The notes beneath the pieces were generated by a model, which had not been told where the DNA came from, ran no database searches, and saw nothing but the letters and a program-made list of their open reading frames with translations. The translations under genes and the position numbers were made by a program. From assembly GCA_033763315.1 (NCBI GenBank), contig JANRKS010000034.1, positions 128,001-192,000 on the forward strand: a stretch of 64,000 nucleotides of DNA, read 5' to 3'. Of the stretch, positions 10,176 to 20,386 are shown piece after piece. The first letter of the stretch is position 1, and every line of letters starts with the position of its first letter. Source of the stretch: Deltaproteobacteria bacterium. GTDB taxonomy: Bacteria > Myxococcota_A > Polyangia > Fen-1088.

Positions 10176-11414
10176 ATGAAAAAAGCCTCGCTCGGAACCA
10201 TCTTCCTCACCGTCTTTTTGGACCTGCTCGGGTTTGGTTTGGTTGTGCCGTTTTTGCCAGGCGTGGCCCGTGATCTCGGTGCCAGCGATCTGGGCGCCAC
10301 GCTATTGGGCTCGGCCTATTCTTTGATGCAGTTCCTGTTCATCCCGTTTTGGGGGCGGCTTTCAGACCGCGTGGGCCGGCGGCCCGTGCTGTTGTGGAGC
10401 ATCGCCGCCAGCGTGGTGGGGATGACGCTGCTGGGGTTCGCGAACAGCTTGGTGTTGCTATTTGCAGCGCGCCTGTTCAGCGGCGTGGCCACCGCGAACA
10501 TCGCCGTGGCGCAGGCCTATATCGCTGACATCACGACACCGCAGACGCGCGCCCGCGGCATGGGCATGATCGGGATGGCGTTTGGTTTGGGTTTCATTTT
10601 GGGGCCGTTCATTGGCGGCGAGTTAGGCCATTTCGAAGTGCTGGGGCGGCAAGGGCCTTTGGCCGCGTTCGCGGCGGCAGCCGCATCCTTGGTGAACCTC
10701 CTATTTGCGTGGCGCGTGTTGCCCGAATCGTTGCCCGCTGAAAAGCGCACTGACGTCAATGCGCCCCGGCGACGTTGGCGTCCGCTTGATCTCGGGGCTC
10801 TTCACCAAGTCACATCAGTCCCTGGCGTGGGTCGCTCAGTTGCGTTGTCGTTCCTGGTCACTTTCTTTTTCGCCGGCATGGAGTTGACCTTCCGCCTGTT
10901 TACGGAGGACGCGTTTGGCTTGACGGTGGCGCAAACCGGACGCGTGTTTGGTTTTGTGGGCATCATCGCCGCCGTGGTGCAAGGCGGCCTCATCGGCAGG
11001 TTCACCAAGCGCTACGGCGAAGTGCGCTTGATGGGGTGGGGGATCTGGGGCTTGGCGCTGGGCTTCGCAGGTCTTGCAGCCAGCGTTTTGCCTGGCACCA
11101 CGTTGGGCCTCGTGACTTTGATGGTGGCGTGCGCGTTCATCGCCGCCGGCAATGGCCTGACCGTGCCGTCCTTGTCCTCGTACACGTCTCGCCGCGCAGG
11201 GCCTGCTGTGCAAGGGATGACTTTGGGAGTGATGCAGTCGCTGTCGGCGCTGGCACGCGCCTTTGGTCCGTTCGCAGGCGGTTTGGCGTATCAATTCATC
11301 GCCCCGTGGGGCCCCTACGTTGTGGGCGCGATGGGCTTCGTGCTGGCGGCCGTTCTTGCACGTGGTCTGGCGCCGTTGGCAGATCACGCCCCTGCGGCCG
11401 AGCCGCAGCACTAG
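10176..11414 (+). CDS. MFS transporter (TetA/DHA1-like)
   Basis: about 12 hydrophobic segments, GRLSDRVGRRP motif A, GF.LGP.IGG motif C. Confidence 0.92.
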   Translation: MKKASLGTIFLTVFLDLLGFGLVVPFLPGVARDLGASDLGATLLGSAYSLMQFLFIPFWGRLSDRVGRRPVLLWSIAASVVGMTLLGFANSLVLLFAARLFSGVATANIAVAQAYIADITTPQTRARGMGMIGMAFGLGFILGPFIGGELGHFEVLGRQGPLAAFAAAAASLVNLLFAWRVLPESLPAEKRTDVNAPRRRWRPLDLGALHQVTSVPGVGRSVALSFLVTFFFAGMELTFRLFTEDAFGLTVAQTGRVFGFVGIIAAVVQGGLIGRFTKRYGEVRLMGWGIWGLALGFAGLAASVLPGTTLGLVTLMVACAFIAAGNGLTVPSLSSYTSRRAGPAVQGMTLGVMQSLSALARAFGPFAGGLAYQFIAPWGPYVVGAMGFVLAAVLARGLAPLADHAPAAEPQH

Positions 11415-12094
11415 TACGCGGGCGGGGGGATCTCGCTCCGCTTACGTTGAGCCCGTGCCTCGCGCACCAACTCAACGTACGTGTGTGCGCGCTCAGCGAT
11501 GACTTTGCGCCGCCCCGAACGCAGGGCCACCACATCGGTCAAGTCGCCGCCCACGCCCAAGGCGAACGCGCCCGCCTGAATGAACGCCGCGGCGTTGTCG
11601 AGCGTGACGCCCCCCGTGGGCATCAGTTCAATATGCGGCAACGGCGCTTTGATCGCCTTGATGTAATCGGGGCCGCCCACCGCGGAGGCAGGGAACACTT
11701 TCACAACGTCGGCGCCGGCTTGCCATGCGGTGTAGATCTCATTGGGTGTCAGCGCGCCTGGAAAGCACGCCATCCCGTGCGCATGGCAAAACGCAACCAC
11801 GCTGCCATCAAACACCGGCATCACAATGAACGCGCCGCCTGCCTCTTGCACCGCCATCGCGTGATCCATCGTGAGCACTGTGCCCGCGCCCACGAGTAAA
11901 TCAGGCGCAAAGCTCACGGACAGCTCGCGGATCGCATCTAAGGCGCCTGGCACAGTCAGCGGAATCTCAAGGCATTGCATCCCGGCCTGGCGAAGCACAT
12001 CGGCCATCTCCAGCGCGTCCTCTGACGTGGGCGTGCGAAGGATGGGCACCACACCGTCTTGATGGATGCGCTCGATGATTTCCGCTTTTGCCAT
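11411..12094 (-). CDS. eda: KDPG/KHG aldolase
   Basis: EIPLT, VGAGTV, PGA.TP.E, VKVFPA, PTGGV; downstream of kdgK; start 12094 or 12100. Confidence 0.9.
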   Translation of the reverse strand: MAKAEIIERIHQDGVVPILRTPTSEDALEMADVLRQAGMQCLEIPLTVPGALDAIRELSVSFAPDLLVGAGTVLTMDHAMAVQEAGGAFIVMPVFDGSVVAFCHAHGMACFPGALTPNEIYTAWQAGADVVKVFPASAVGGPDYIKAIKAPLPHIELMPTGGVTLDNAAAFIQAGAFALGVGGDLTDVVALRSGRRKVIAERAHTYVELVREARAQRKRSEIPPPAY

Positions 12095-12124
12095 GCCCAT
12101 GCCTTGCCCCTGCGCGAACGCGCC

Positions 12125-13225
12125 TTAGCGAGCGACGCGCGCGGCGCCGCCTTTCATCACGTGCTCCACCTCTGACAGCGTCGCCATGCTGGTGTCACCT
12201 GGCGTGGTCATCGCCAAGGCGCCATGGGCCGCGCCACACTCGACCGCCCATTGCGGTCCCTTGTTTTGCAAAAAGCCATAGATCAAGCCCGACGCAAACG
12301 AATCGCCACCGCCCACGCGATCGTAGATCTCAAGCCCCTCGCGCACGGGCGACACGCAGAAGTCGGTGGCCGTGGCGCACACGGCGCCCCAATCGTTAAT
12401 CGTGGCCGTCTTTGCGTTTCGCAGCGTTGTGGCCACGACCTTGAAGTTCGGATACGCGCTGCGCACCACATCGATCATCTTGCGGAAATTGGCGGGGTCC
12501 AATTCAGAGAAGTTTTCATCAAGGCCTGGAACGGAGAAACCCAACGCAGCCGAGAAGTCTTCTTCGTTGCCGATCATCACGTCAACGTACTTCGCCAATT
12601 CGCGGTTCACTTCCTGCGCCTTTGCCTTGCCGCCAATGCCTTGCCACAAAGACGGCCGGTAATTGAGATCGTAAGAGACGATCGTGCCGTGCTTATGAGC
12701 TGCCTCCATCGCTTCTTTGGCCACAGCAGCCGTGCTTTCGGACAACGCCGCGAAGATGCCGCCCGTGTGAAACCAACGCGCGCCAAGCGTGCCAAACAAC
12801 TGTTCCCAGTCGATTTGGCCTGGCTGCAGTTGTGAGGCGGCGGTGTGTCCACGATCGGAGCACCCGACGGCCGCGCGCACACCAAAGCCACGCTCGGTGA
12901 AGTTCAAGCCGTTGCGCACGCTGCGCCCTACGCCGTCATACTTGACCCACTTGACGAACGATTGATCCACACCACCTTGATAGATGAGGTCTTGCACCAA
13001 GCGGCCCACGGGGTTGTCGGCGAACGCGGAGACCACCGCGGTGTCCAATCCGAAGCAACGTTTGAGCCCCCGCGCGACGTTGTATTCTCCGCCACCTTCC
13101 CACGCGGTGAACGTGCGCGTGGTGGCAACGCGTCCGTCGCCTGGATCAAGCCTCAACATCACTTCGCCTAAAGCAACAAGGTCAAAGCGGCAGTTCGATT
13201 TGGGCTTGATGTTCAAGGTGGACAT
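12125..13225 (-). CDS. kdgK: 2-keto-3-deoxygluconate kinase (PfkB family)
   Basis: LGEVMLRL, GGGEYNVA, DLNYRPSLW, DRVGGGDSF; AGGAG SD upstream; adjacent to eda. Confidence 0.85.
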   Translation of the reverse strand: MSTLNIKPKSNCRFDLVALGEVMLRLDPGDGRVATTRTFTAWEGGGEYNVARGLKRCFGLDTAVVSAFADNPVGRLVQDLIYQGGVDQSFVKWVKYDGVGRSVRNGLNFTERGFGVRAAVGCSDRGHTAASQLQPGQIDWEQLFGTLGARWFHTGGIFAALSESTAAVAKEAMEAAHKHGTIVSYDLNYRPSLWQGIGGKAKAQEVNRELAKYVDVMIGNEEDFSAALGFSVPGLDENFSELDPANFRKMIDVVRSAYPNFKVVATTLRNAKTATINDWGAVCATATDFCVSPVREGLEIYDRVGGGDSFASGLIYGFLQNKGPQWAVECGAAHGALAMTTPGDTSMATLSEVEHVMKGGAARVAR

Positions 13226-13379
13226 GGTCGAGGCGAACTCCTGTGAGAAAAACGCGTTGGGGACGAAGGATTGGTGAAGGCCGTGAGCGGCGACGCCGCA
13301 TTCTGCCTACCTAAGCGCTTTGCACGATAGCCTACGCCGCCCCAGGCGGGTAGGGGCGCAGCGCAATTCTGCGCCTTGA

Positions 13380-13787
13380 TTAGCCTTCGGTTTTGGGACC
13401 CGCGGGGTCTTCGGGCTTAGGTCCCCGCACTTTCGTTTCGGCCTTGGTCTCGGGGATGAGTTTGCCTTCATCGTTGGGCCGAAAACGAATCTCGGCTTTC
13501 ACCTCTAACGTCATCTTCTGCAGCGCCTTGACGAGCTCCTTGTCCAGGTCCATCCGGTCGAGCCAAGACCGAATCTCTCCGGTGGCCACCCGCAAGATGT
13601 CGTCTTTGGAGCTCTTCGCGGCTTCAAACCCAGCGGAAACGGCACGGCGGAAAAAATCGGACACGCCGCGACCCTTCTCGTCGGAGGGTTCACCAGGCAT
13701 GCCGTCGGACGCGATTGGTTCGGGCTCCGGTGGAACCGAAGAAGGAGACGCTTTGGGTGCAGGGGTGAACCGGCGGTCGGCAGCCAT
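13380..13787 (-). CDS. hypothetical protein (helical, myxobacterial type)
   Basis: fills gap between kdgK and ubiB-like gene; protein-like composition from ATG 13787; TGtTATCCT box 9 nt upstream. Confidence 0.7.
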   Translation of the reverse strand: MAADRRFTPAPKASPSSVPPEPEPIASDGMPGEPSDEKGRGVSDFFRRAVSAGFEAAKSSKDDILRVATGEIRSWLDRMDLDKELVKALQKMTLEVKAEIRFRPNDEGKLIPETKAETKVRGPKPEDPAGPKTEG

Positions 13788-13859
13788 GACAGGCCCAGGA
13801 TAACACCCAAACGGTGGCCTCGTTGGCGGACGGAGGTCACGCCAGGCTATGCTGCGGCC

Positions 13860-15812
13860 GTGGGCGCGCGAAATGACAAGACCGAGGAACTGGCGCTGAG
13901 CGACCTTGCCGCAGGGACAATCGCGCCGGCCGAACCGACTCGGCGCCCCACGCCACCGCCGCCCCCAGCCAGCGTCATCGCGGCCAGCCTGTCGCAACCG
14001 CATGCGGCTGCCGCCACGGCGTCCGAGCCGGGGGCCCAAGCGTCAGCGCCCGAACCGCCAACGCCGCCCCCTGCGCCATCGCCGGCCCAAGCGTCAATGC
14101 CGCCCCGGCGACTCACTTTGCCCGGATCTTCGCCGCGCAACGCCGTTCGCCGCTTGTGGCGCGTCTATTTTGTCACCTGCCAAGTCGCGGCTTCGTATCT
14201 TTGGCTGCGGTTGACCGCGCGTTTTCACTCAACCGACGTGGCCGCCGCGGCCGAGGAAAGCGCCCACAAGCGCAACGCCCGCCGCATCAAAGAAGCGGTG
14301 GTGGAGCTGCAGGGCCTGTTCATCAAAGTGGGCCAGCTGATCAGCATCATGGCCAATTTCTTGCCTGAGGCATTCCGCAAGGAGTTGGAAGAGCTGCAAG
14401 ACAAAGTTCCGCCTCGACCCTACGAAGACATCGAAGCGCGTCTGCTTGAGGAATACGGCGGGCGCAAACCGCTTGAAGTTTTCGCTTCGTTCGAACTGCA
14501 TCCCGTGGCTTCGGCTTCGATCGGCCAGGTTCATCGTGCGCGCCTGAACACAGGCGAGGACGTGGCCGTCAAGGTGCAATACCCAGACATCGAAGACATC
14601 GTGCGCGTCGATCTGCGTGCGCTCAAACGCATTTTCTGGGTGCTCAAGCGCTTTTTGCCGGATTGGGGTTTCGATGCCACGTACCGCGAGATTCGCGAGA
14701 TGGTGTTGGCCGAGCTTGATTACAAACAAGAGGCCGATTCGCTGCGCGCCGTGGCCGCCAACTTCGCCGGACGCGCCGATGTCTTGTTTCCCGAGGTGAT
14801 GCCCGGGTATTGCACAAGCCGCGTTCTCGTTACCACGTGGATGGCGGGGCCCAAAGTCGCCGATCTGCGCAGCTTGGAAGCCGAAGGCGTGGATCGAAAA
14901 GCTGTGGCGCGCTTGTTCGTGGATGCCTATTGCCAGCAGATCTTCATCGACGGTTTTTATCACGCAGATCCACACCCAGGAAACCTGCTGGTGCAGCGGC
15001 GCCCCAATGGCACGCCGGCGATTGTGTTCTTGGATTTCGGCGCCACCGCGCATGTGTCCGAAGCCATGCGCAAAGGCATGATGAACTTTCTCGCCGGCGC
15101 GATGACACGCGACACGGCCAAGTTGGTTGCCGCGATGAAAGACATGGGCTTCATCTCGCGCAAAGCGGATCCGGAAGTGTTCGACCGCGTGATCGAATAC
15201 TTTCACGACAAGCTACGCGCCGAGGTCATGGTGGATGGCTTCTCGCTCAAAGACATTCGTTTCGACGCTGAACAAAAGCTCGAAAGCCTTTTGGATTTGC
15301 GGGAAATGAATGTCTCGCTTGGGGATCTTCGTGACGCCTTTCACGTGCCCAAAGATTGGGTGCTGCTTGAGCGGGCGCTGCTGTTGCTTCTGGGCGTTTG
15401 CACCACGCTTGATCCAGAGATGAACCCAGCGCAAACCATCAAACCTTACCTCGAGCGCTTCTTGGTGGGAAAAGGCCAAGATCTGGGCGACGCCGCCATG
15501 GACGCCGCCCGCGAGGCCGCACTTTCGGCCTTGGCGTTGCCGGGCGAATTGCGCCGCTTCTTAACGCAAGCCAACCGCGGCGACGTGAAAGTCACGGTCG
15601 CCAACCTGCAGGACAGCGCGCGGCTGGTGTACGCGGTCGGCCAGCAGTTGCTGTGGGGGCTTTTGGCGGCGACCTCGGCGGTGTTGGCCGTGGTGTTTGA
15701 TGGTCGCGGGCAAATGGGTGCCCGTAGGTGGGCGATTCTGCTCGGGGTGTTCTTCGGTTTTTTCCTTACCACGAGCTTGTGGGGTGGCCGCCGCGCCAAG
15801 TCGCGGCGTTAG
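13860..15812 (+). CDS. ABC1/AarF/UbiB family atypical kinase
   Basis: G.FIKVGQ, LQD.VPP, ASASIGQVH, VAVKVQYP, ELDY..EA, HADPHPGN, LDFG; two C-terminal TM segments. Confidence 0.93.
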   Translation: MGARNDKTEELALSDLAAGTIAPAEPTRRPTPPPPPASVIAASLSQPHAAAATASEPGAQASAPEPPTPPPAPSPAQASMPPRRLTLPGSSPRNAVRRLWRVYFVTCQVAASYLWLRLTARFHSTDVAAAAEESAHKRNARRIKEAVVELQGLFIKVGQLISIMANFLPEAFRKELEELQDKVPPRPYEDIEARLLEEYGGRKPLEVFASFELHPVASASIGQVHRARLNTGEDVAVKVQYPDIEDIVRVDLRALKRIFWVLKRFLPDWGFDATYREIREMVLAELDYKQEADSLRAVAANFAGRADVLFPEVMPGYCTSRVLVTTWMAGPKVADLRSLEAEGVDRKAVARLFVDAYCQQIFIDGFYHADPHPGNLLVQRRPNGTPAIVFLDFGATAHVSEAMRKGMMNFLAGAMTRDTAKLVAAMKDMGFISRKADPEVFDRVIEYFHDKLRAEVMVDGFSLKDIRFDAEQKLESLLDLREMNVSLGDLRDAFHVPKDWVLLERALLLLLGVCTTLDPEMNPAQTIKPYLERFLVGKGQDLGDAAMDAAREAALSALALPGELRRFLTQANRGDVKVTVANLQDSARLVYAVGQQLLWGLLAATSAVLAVVFDGRGQMGARRWAILLGVFFGFFLTTSLWGGRRAKSRR

Positions 15813-16103
15813 TGCCTCAAGTCACCGAAGCCTAAAGACGACCTGTAGTAGGATTGCCGTTGGTCCTCCGACTTGCCGTTGGTAGTGAACTGTGTGACAG
15901 TGTAGGCATGGTTGCTGTCATCGGAAATTTTCTCATGGGTGCTGCTGCTTTCGGACTTTTTTGGGCGACGCTGTCTCTCGGACGACGGGCCCAACAATCG
16001 AATGACAGGCGGCCGTTACACAGCTAAGACATTGGCTTGCAAGACACCTCGTGGGGCAACCCCCGAGGCCGTTCGATCGTACGACTTCAGTCCGTTAACG
16101 ACC

Positions 16104-17303
16104 GTGAGTTCGCAAGAAACCCAATTTCAACCCGTTCCTGAAGGAACGAACGGTGACGCCGCGCCCTTGGCTGGGCTTGGACGCCCCGCGGGTGCTGTGC
16201 ATGCGGTGACGGTTGACGGCGAATCACGTCCCCATAGAGCCTCGGGCCCCTTGGACCTGTCGGTTTTCGACAATTTCGACTTAGGCGACCTGGCCTCCAT
16301 CCGCAATCTGCTGCGGGGTGGCTCCGTGATCGATTGGCACCGTGCTTATTTTGAGACCTATGAGCAGGTTGATCGCTTCTTGCGCGTCAACGAATTCGAT
16401 CCCGTGCGGGTGGAAGACATCAATCGTCTTGAGGATCTTCGGGAACGCGCCGTTGAATACCTGGAGCGTCATCTAGGGTTCCGCATTCCTGATGAGCTGG
16501 CCGAAGGCATGCCGGCACGCGATTTGTTCTTGGTGGCGTCAAAGAAGGGCAAGCGACGCGCCCACGCCTGCACCATCTTGAAAGTGATGCACGTGCTGCA
16601 GCACCTTGAAGGGCGCGAGCTGTTGACGCGTTTGCCGATCACGGTCGAGCAGATCTTCCACCTGGTGGAGGAGAAGGTTCTGCGCACGGTGGAAGAGATG
16701 CGCGGGGCCGGTTTCGCCATCGTTGAGTTCGAGTGGAGCCGCAAGAACTCCAACAGCTTGCTGACAAAGTTGATGGCGAAAAAAGAAACCATCGCTGCCC
16801 ACGTTTACGACAAGCTTCGGTTCCGGATGATCACGCAATCGGAGCCTGAGTTGATCCACGTTTTGCGGGAACTCGTGCACCGTTTGGTGCCGTTCAACTA
16901 TGTGATTCCAGGGCAATCGGTCAACGACATCATCGACCTGCGTTCGGTGATTGAAAGCTCGGCACATCTGCAATCGTTCTTGCCTGAACTCGTGGATCTT
17001 TCACAGCAAGCGGCCGACAAGCGTCCTGCCGTTCAAAACGAGTTCTCTGGCCCTAGCTACCGCGTCATCAATTTGGTGGCGGACCTGCCCGTGCGCATCG
17101 ACGCGTATCTCAACAAGACACCTGCCGACCCGGAATTCGAAGACGCGGGCCCGGTTGTGTACGTGCTCACCGAATTTCAAATCATGGATACGCGTACGGC
17201 GCAACGGAACGAGCAGGGCGAGAACAGCCACGCCCGCTATAAAGAGCGCCAAGCAAACCGGGTGCGCGCCCGGCTGATCCACGGTCTTAAAGACCAAGAG
17301 TGA
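16104..17303 (+). CDS. TIGR04552-like protein with RelA/SpoT-like nucleotidyltransferase motifs
   Basis: LRGGSVIDW signature as I recall it for this family; RK...S...K, YDK.RFR, SYRVIN, EFQI, HARYK; start uncertain (ORF open from 15912). Confidence 0.75.
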   Translation: MSSQETQFQPVPEGTNGDAAPLAGLGRPAGAVHAVTVDGESRPHRASGPLDLSVFDNFDLGDLASIRNLLRGGSVIDWHRAYFETYEQVDRFLRVNEFDPVRVEDINRLEDLRERAVEYLERHLGFRIPDELAEGMPARDLFLVASKKGKRRAHACTILKVMHVLQHLEGRELLTRLPITVEQIFHLVEEKVLRTVEEMRGAGFAIVEFEWSRKNSNSLLTKLMAKKETIAAHVYDKLRFRMITQSEPELIHVLRELVHRLVPFNYVIPGQSVNDIIDLRSVIESSAHLQSFLPELVDLSQQAADKRPAVQNEFSGPSYRVINLVADLPVRIDAYLNKTPADPEFEDAGPVVYVLTEFQIMDTRTAQRNEQGENSHARYKERQANRVRARLIHGLKDQE

Positions 17304-17528
17304 CCGCCGTCACGGTGATTTCTCAAGGCACGCCTGCTCGGTGTTTTGAGGGAAATGATCTTCACTCTTGTCCTGCTATGCCAGCAGCATCCAGTAAATC
17401 TGGCGACGCGAGCGACACGCAAAGGAACCGCTTGATGAAAGCTGCCCCGTTGGTGGCCCCCACGCTGTTCGCAGCCCCGTCTATCTCTCTGGAATCAGGG
17501 ATCGACCCATGCTACAGTGGCCTCGCTT

Positions 17529-20369
17529 ATGCCACAAGGTCCTACAGGGGCGCGTAGCCAAGCCGCTGACGGCGAGCGGCAATTCCCGATCCCGTTCGGG
17601 AATGTAGAGCTTTTGCGCCAACTGTCGACCGATCGGCGTGGCGAGGTCTACATCGCCTCACGCTTGGAGGGCCCCGACCGCCTTTGCGTGGTGAACATTT
17701 TAGGCGAAGCCCTTACGCGTCGCCCAGGCATGCGCGAGGAGCTCCGCGCCGAGGCGGCGTGGCTTGTAAGTCGCGTGCACGGCAATCTGGTGCAGATCTA
17801 CGACGTAGGGTCCACCGAACACGCGGGTGGGCCAGCCCGCAGGCCCGAATCGTGGGTCGGGCCGTTGCCTCAATCGCCTGATCAAGATCGCCTGTTTTTC
17901 ACGTGCGAATTGGTCGAGGGCCGCGATCTAGCCACATTCCTCAAGCGCGCCGAGGGCAGCGCCGTGCGCGTGCCGCCGGAGCTCGCGGTGCATTTGGCAA
18001 TGGAAGTGGCGTTTGCCTTGGAGTTCATTCGCGGCAATGAACACAAAGCCACGGGCGTTCCCTCGACCTGCGTGGGTTTGCACGCGGGCGCCGTATTGTT
18101 GGGCGTCGATGGCGCCGTTAAGCTCACGCACTATGGCTCGTGCCTCGCCCCCAGCATCGGCGACCTCGAAGATGCCGACGTAGGGCGTGCGTCTTTGCTT
18201 CCGCCCGAAGTGGCGCGCGGCGAATTTCCGTCTGAACGGTCTGATGTGTTCGCGGTGGCCTCGCTTTTGTGGCAAACACTCACCGGCCGTCCGCTTGCCG
18301 TTAAAGGCACGAAGCCGCACATCGAGGCCATGCGGCAGGGCCATTGGGTGGCCGAGCCCCCTTCAAAGCTCGAAGGCCCCGTGCGATCGATTCCGAAGGA
18401 GCTCGATACACTGATCCTGCAGGCGCTTGATGCGGATCCTGACAAGCGTCCGGCGGATGTGGCTGCGTTTCGCGCCGAGCTCGCGGCCTTTCAAAAGGCG
18501 CGCAACGTGCCAGTGGGCCCGTCAGAAGTGCGCAGTTTCGTCGCCGAGCTTTTTGGGCGAGAGCTGTCTGAAGATGCGGCGGCTTTCACAGCGCTGGCCG
18601 CACGCGTGGAAGCGGAAAGCCCCGTGGCACCTCCCGGCGGCCGCAACACCACCAACACGCTCACCGATTTTCACGCGCGCCGCAAACGCACGCCGTTGCA
18701 AAGCGAACGCGAACTTGCGATTGGCGAAGTCATCCCGGGATCACGTTACCGCGCGCTTGCGAAGTTAGGTGAAGGCGGCATGGGCGTGGTCTATGCGGCC
18801 GAACACGTCGACATAGAAAAGCGTGTGGCGCTCAAGTTGTTGCACGCTGATTTGCTTGAAAACCAGCACGTTCTTCAGCAATTTCGGCAAGAGGCGCGGG
18901 CTGCTTCGCGCATTGGCAATCCTTACATTTGCGACGTGACGGACTGGGGCGAGGTGGCCGATGGCCGCGTCTTCTTCGTCATGGAGTATCTCGACGGCGC
19001 TTCGCTTTCGCGCGAGATCAAGCGCTGCCGGCGGTTGCCTCCTGAACGTGCCATTCCGATCTTGCGCCAAGTGGCCAAAGCGTTGGGCGCGGCTCATCAA
19101 AAGGGCATCGTTCACTTGGACATGAAGCCCGACAACGTGCTTCTCATCGAGAAGGATGGCCGCCGCGATTACGTCAAGGTCGTGGACTTCGGCATCGCTG
19201 GGTTGCTGGGCCAAGCGGGCATCGGTGGCAAAGTGATGGGCACGCCAGAGTACATGGCGCCCGAACGCACGATGGGTGGCGGCAACGATCGCCGCAGCGA
19301 CATCTATGCACTAGGCGTGATGGCGTACGAGATGTTGGCGGGCGAAGTGCCATTTCAGGGCGTGACCGCGGTGGAGACCTTGGCCATGCACGCCACCGAT
19401 GCTCCCGATCCCATCAACGAGCGCGTCACCAAGAGCATTCCAAAAGCGCTTGAGGACGTCGTGATGCGGATGTTGGAAAAGGATCCGCTTTCGCGCCCAC
19501 AAACGATGGCTGAGGTCGAGGCCTTGTTGTGCGAAGCGCAGCTCGACGCGCGCGTTAAAACGGGTTGGGACGACTTGCCGATCCCGCAAGTTGATCCGAC
19601 GCGGGCGGAACGCTTGGTGAAGCGTTATCGGTCGCACGCTTCGCCTCGCACAACGATGATCTTTGCCGCCGCTGCTGCGGTCGTGTTGGCGGTGGTGGGC
19701 GTGGCTGTCGTTGCGTTGTCCCGATCGCCCGTGCAGGTCGTTGTGGAGAACAACCCGGCTACCGTTCCCACCTCACAGGATCCCGAGTCCGTGATGGCGA
19801 AGGCGGCTGTCATTCCCTCAGCCGAGGCACCCAGGCCTCCCGCGGCTCCTGTGCCGCCGCCCGTGGTGGAGCCCGAACGACGACCTGTGGCGGCGCGGCC
19901 TCGTTCAAAGGCCGAACCCGAGACACCGCCTTCAAGCGCAAAAGCTCAAGCCGCAAACGCTGACGAGCCGCGTGAATCCGAAGAGGCGGGCAGCAAACGC
20001 TCAGGCGATCGGGCGCGTGCCAAAGAAGCGGCCGACCGAGGCATGATCGCTTTGGACTCCGGCCAATACAAATTGGCGCGGCAAGAGTTCGACGCGGCCA
20101 TTCGCGCTGATGCCAACTACGCACCTGCTGTGGGCGGTTTGGCTGAAGTTGATTTTGAAGAGTCCAGTTATCAAAGCGCCGCGAAGCTCGCCAGCAAGGC
20201 GGTGCGCCTATCTCCGAACGTGCGCTACTTGATGCTGCTGGGTGACGCCTACTCGAAACTGAAACAGTTCGAAAACGCCGTCGGTGCCTATGAAAAAGCG
20301 CGCGCGTTGGATCCAGGCAACGCCGACATCACGCGCCGCCTGGAACGTGTGAAAGTCTTGGTTCCTTAG
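17529..20369 (+). CDS. tandem pseudokinase-kinase membrane protein with C-terminal TPR
   Basis: domain 1 degenerate; domain 2 has GEGGMG, VALK, HLDMKPDN, DFG, GTPEYMAPE; TM segment, Pro-rich linker, TPR-like helices; start 17517 or 17529. Confidence 0.88.
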   Translation: MPQGPTGARSQAADGERQFPIPFGNVELLRQLSTDRRGEVYIASRLEGPDRLCVVNILGEALTRRPGMREELRAEAAWLVSRVHGNLVQIYDVGSTEHAGGPARRPESWVGPLPQSPDQDRLFFTCELVEGRDLATFLKRAEGSAVRVPPELAVHLAMEVAFALEFIRGNEHKATGVPSTCVGLHAGAVLLGVDGAVKLTHYGSCLAPSIGDLEDADVGRASLLPPEVARGEFPSERSDVFAVASLLWQTLTGRPLAVKGTKPHIEAMRQGHWVAEPPSKLEGPVRSIPKELDTLILQALDADPDKRPADVAAFRAELAAFQKARNVPVGPSEVRSFVAELFGRELSEDAAAFTALAARVEAESPVAPPGGRNTTNTLTDFHARRKRTPLQSERELAIGEVIPGSRYRALAKLGEGGMGVVYAAEHVDIEKRVALKLLHADLLENQHVLQQFRQEARAASRIGNPYICDVTDWGEVADGRVFFVMEYLDGASLSREIKRCRRLPPERAIPILRQVAKALGAAHQKGIVHLDMKPDNVLLIEKDGRRDYVKVVDFGIAGLLGQAGIGGKVMGTPEYMAPERTMGGGNDRRSDIYALGVMAYEMLAGEVPFQGVTAVETLAMHATDAPDPINERVTKSIPKALEDVVMRMLEKDPLSRPQTMAEVEALLCEAQLDARVKTGWDDLPIPQVDPTRAERLVKRYRSHASPRTTMIFAAAAAVVLAVVGVAVVALSRSPVQVVVENNPATVPTSQDPESVMAKAAVIPSAEAPRPPAAPVPPPVVEPERRPVAARPRSKAEPETPPSSAKAQAANADEPRESEEAGSKRSGDRARAKEAADRGMIALDSGQYKLARQEFDAAIRADANYAPAVGGLAEVDFEESSYQSAAKLASKAVRLSPNVRYLMLLGDAYSKLKQFENAVGAYEKARALDPGNADITRRLERVKVLVP

Positions 20370-20386
20370 GGGCCAGTTTTCGCGGG

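Noticed and set aside
13312-13325. AAGCGCTT palindrome upstream of kdgK as a LacI/KdgR operator
   Set aside because: Only the 8-bp core is symmetric; flanks do not fit TG...CA on both sides
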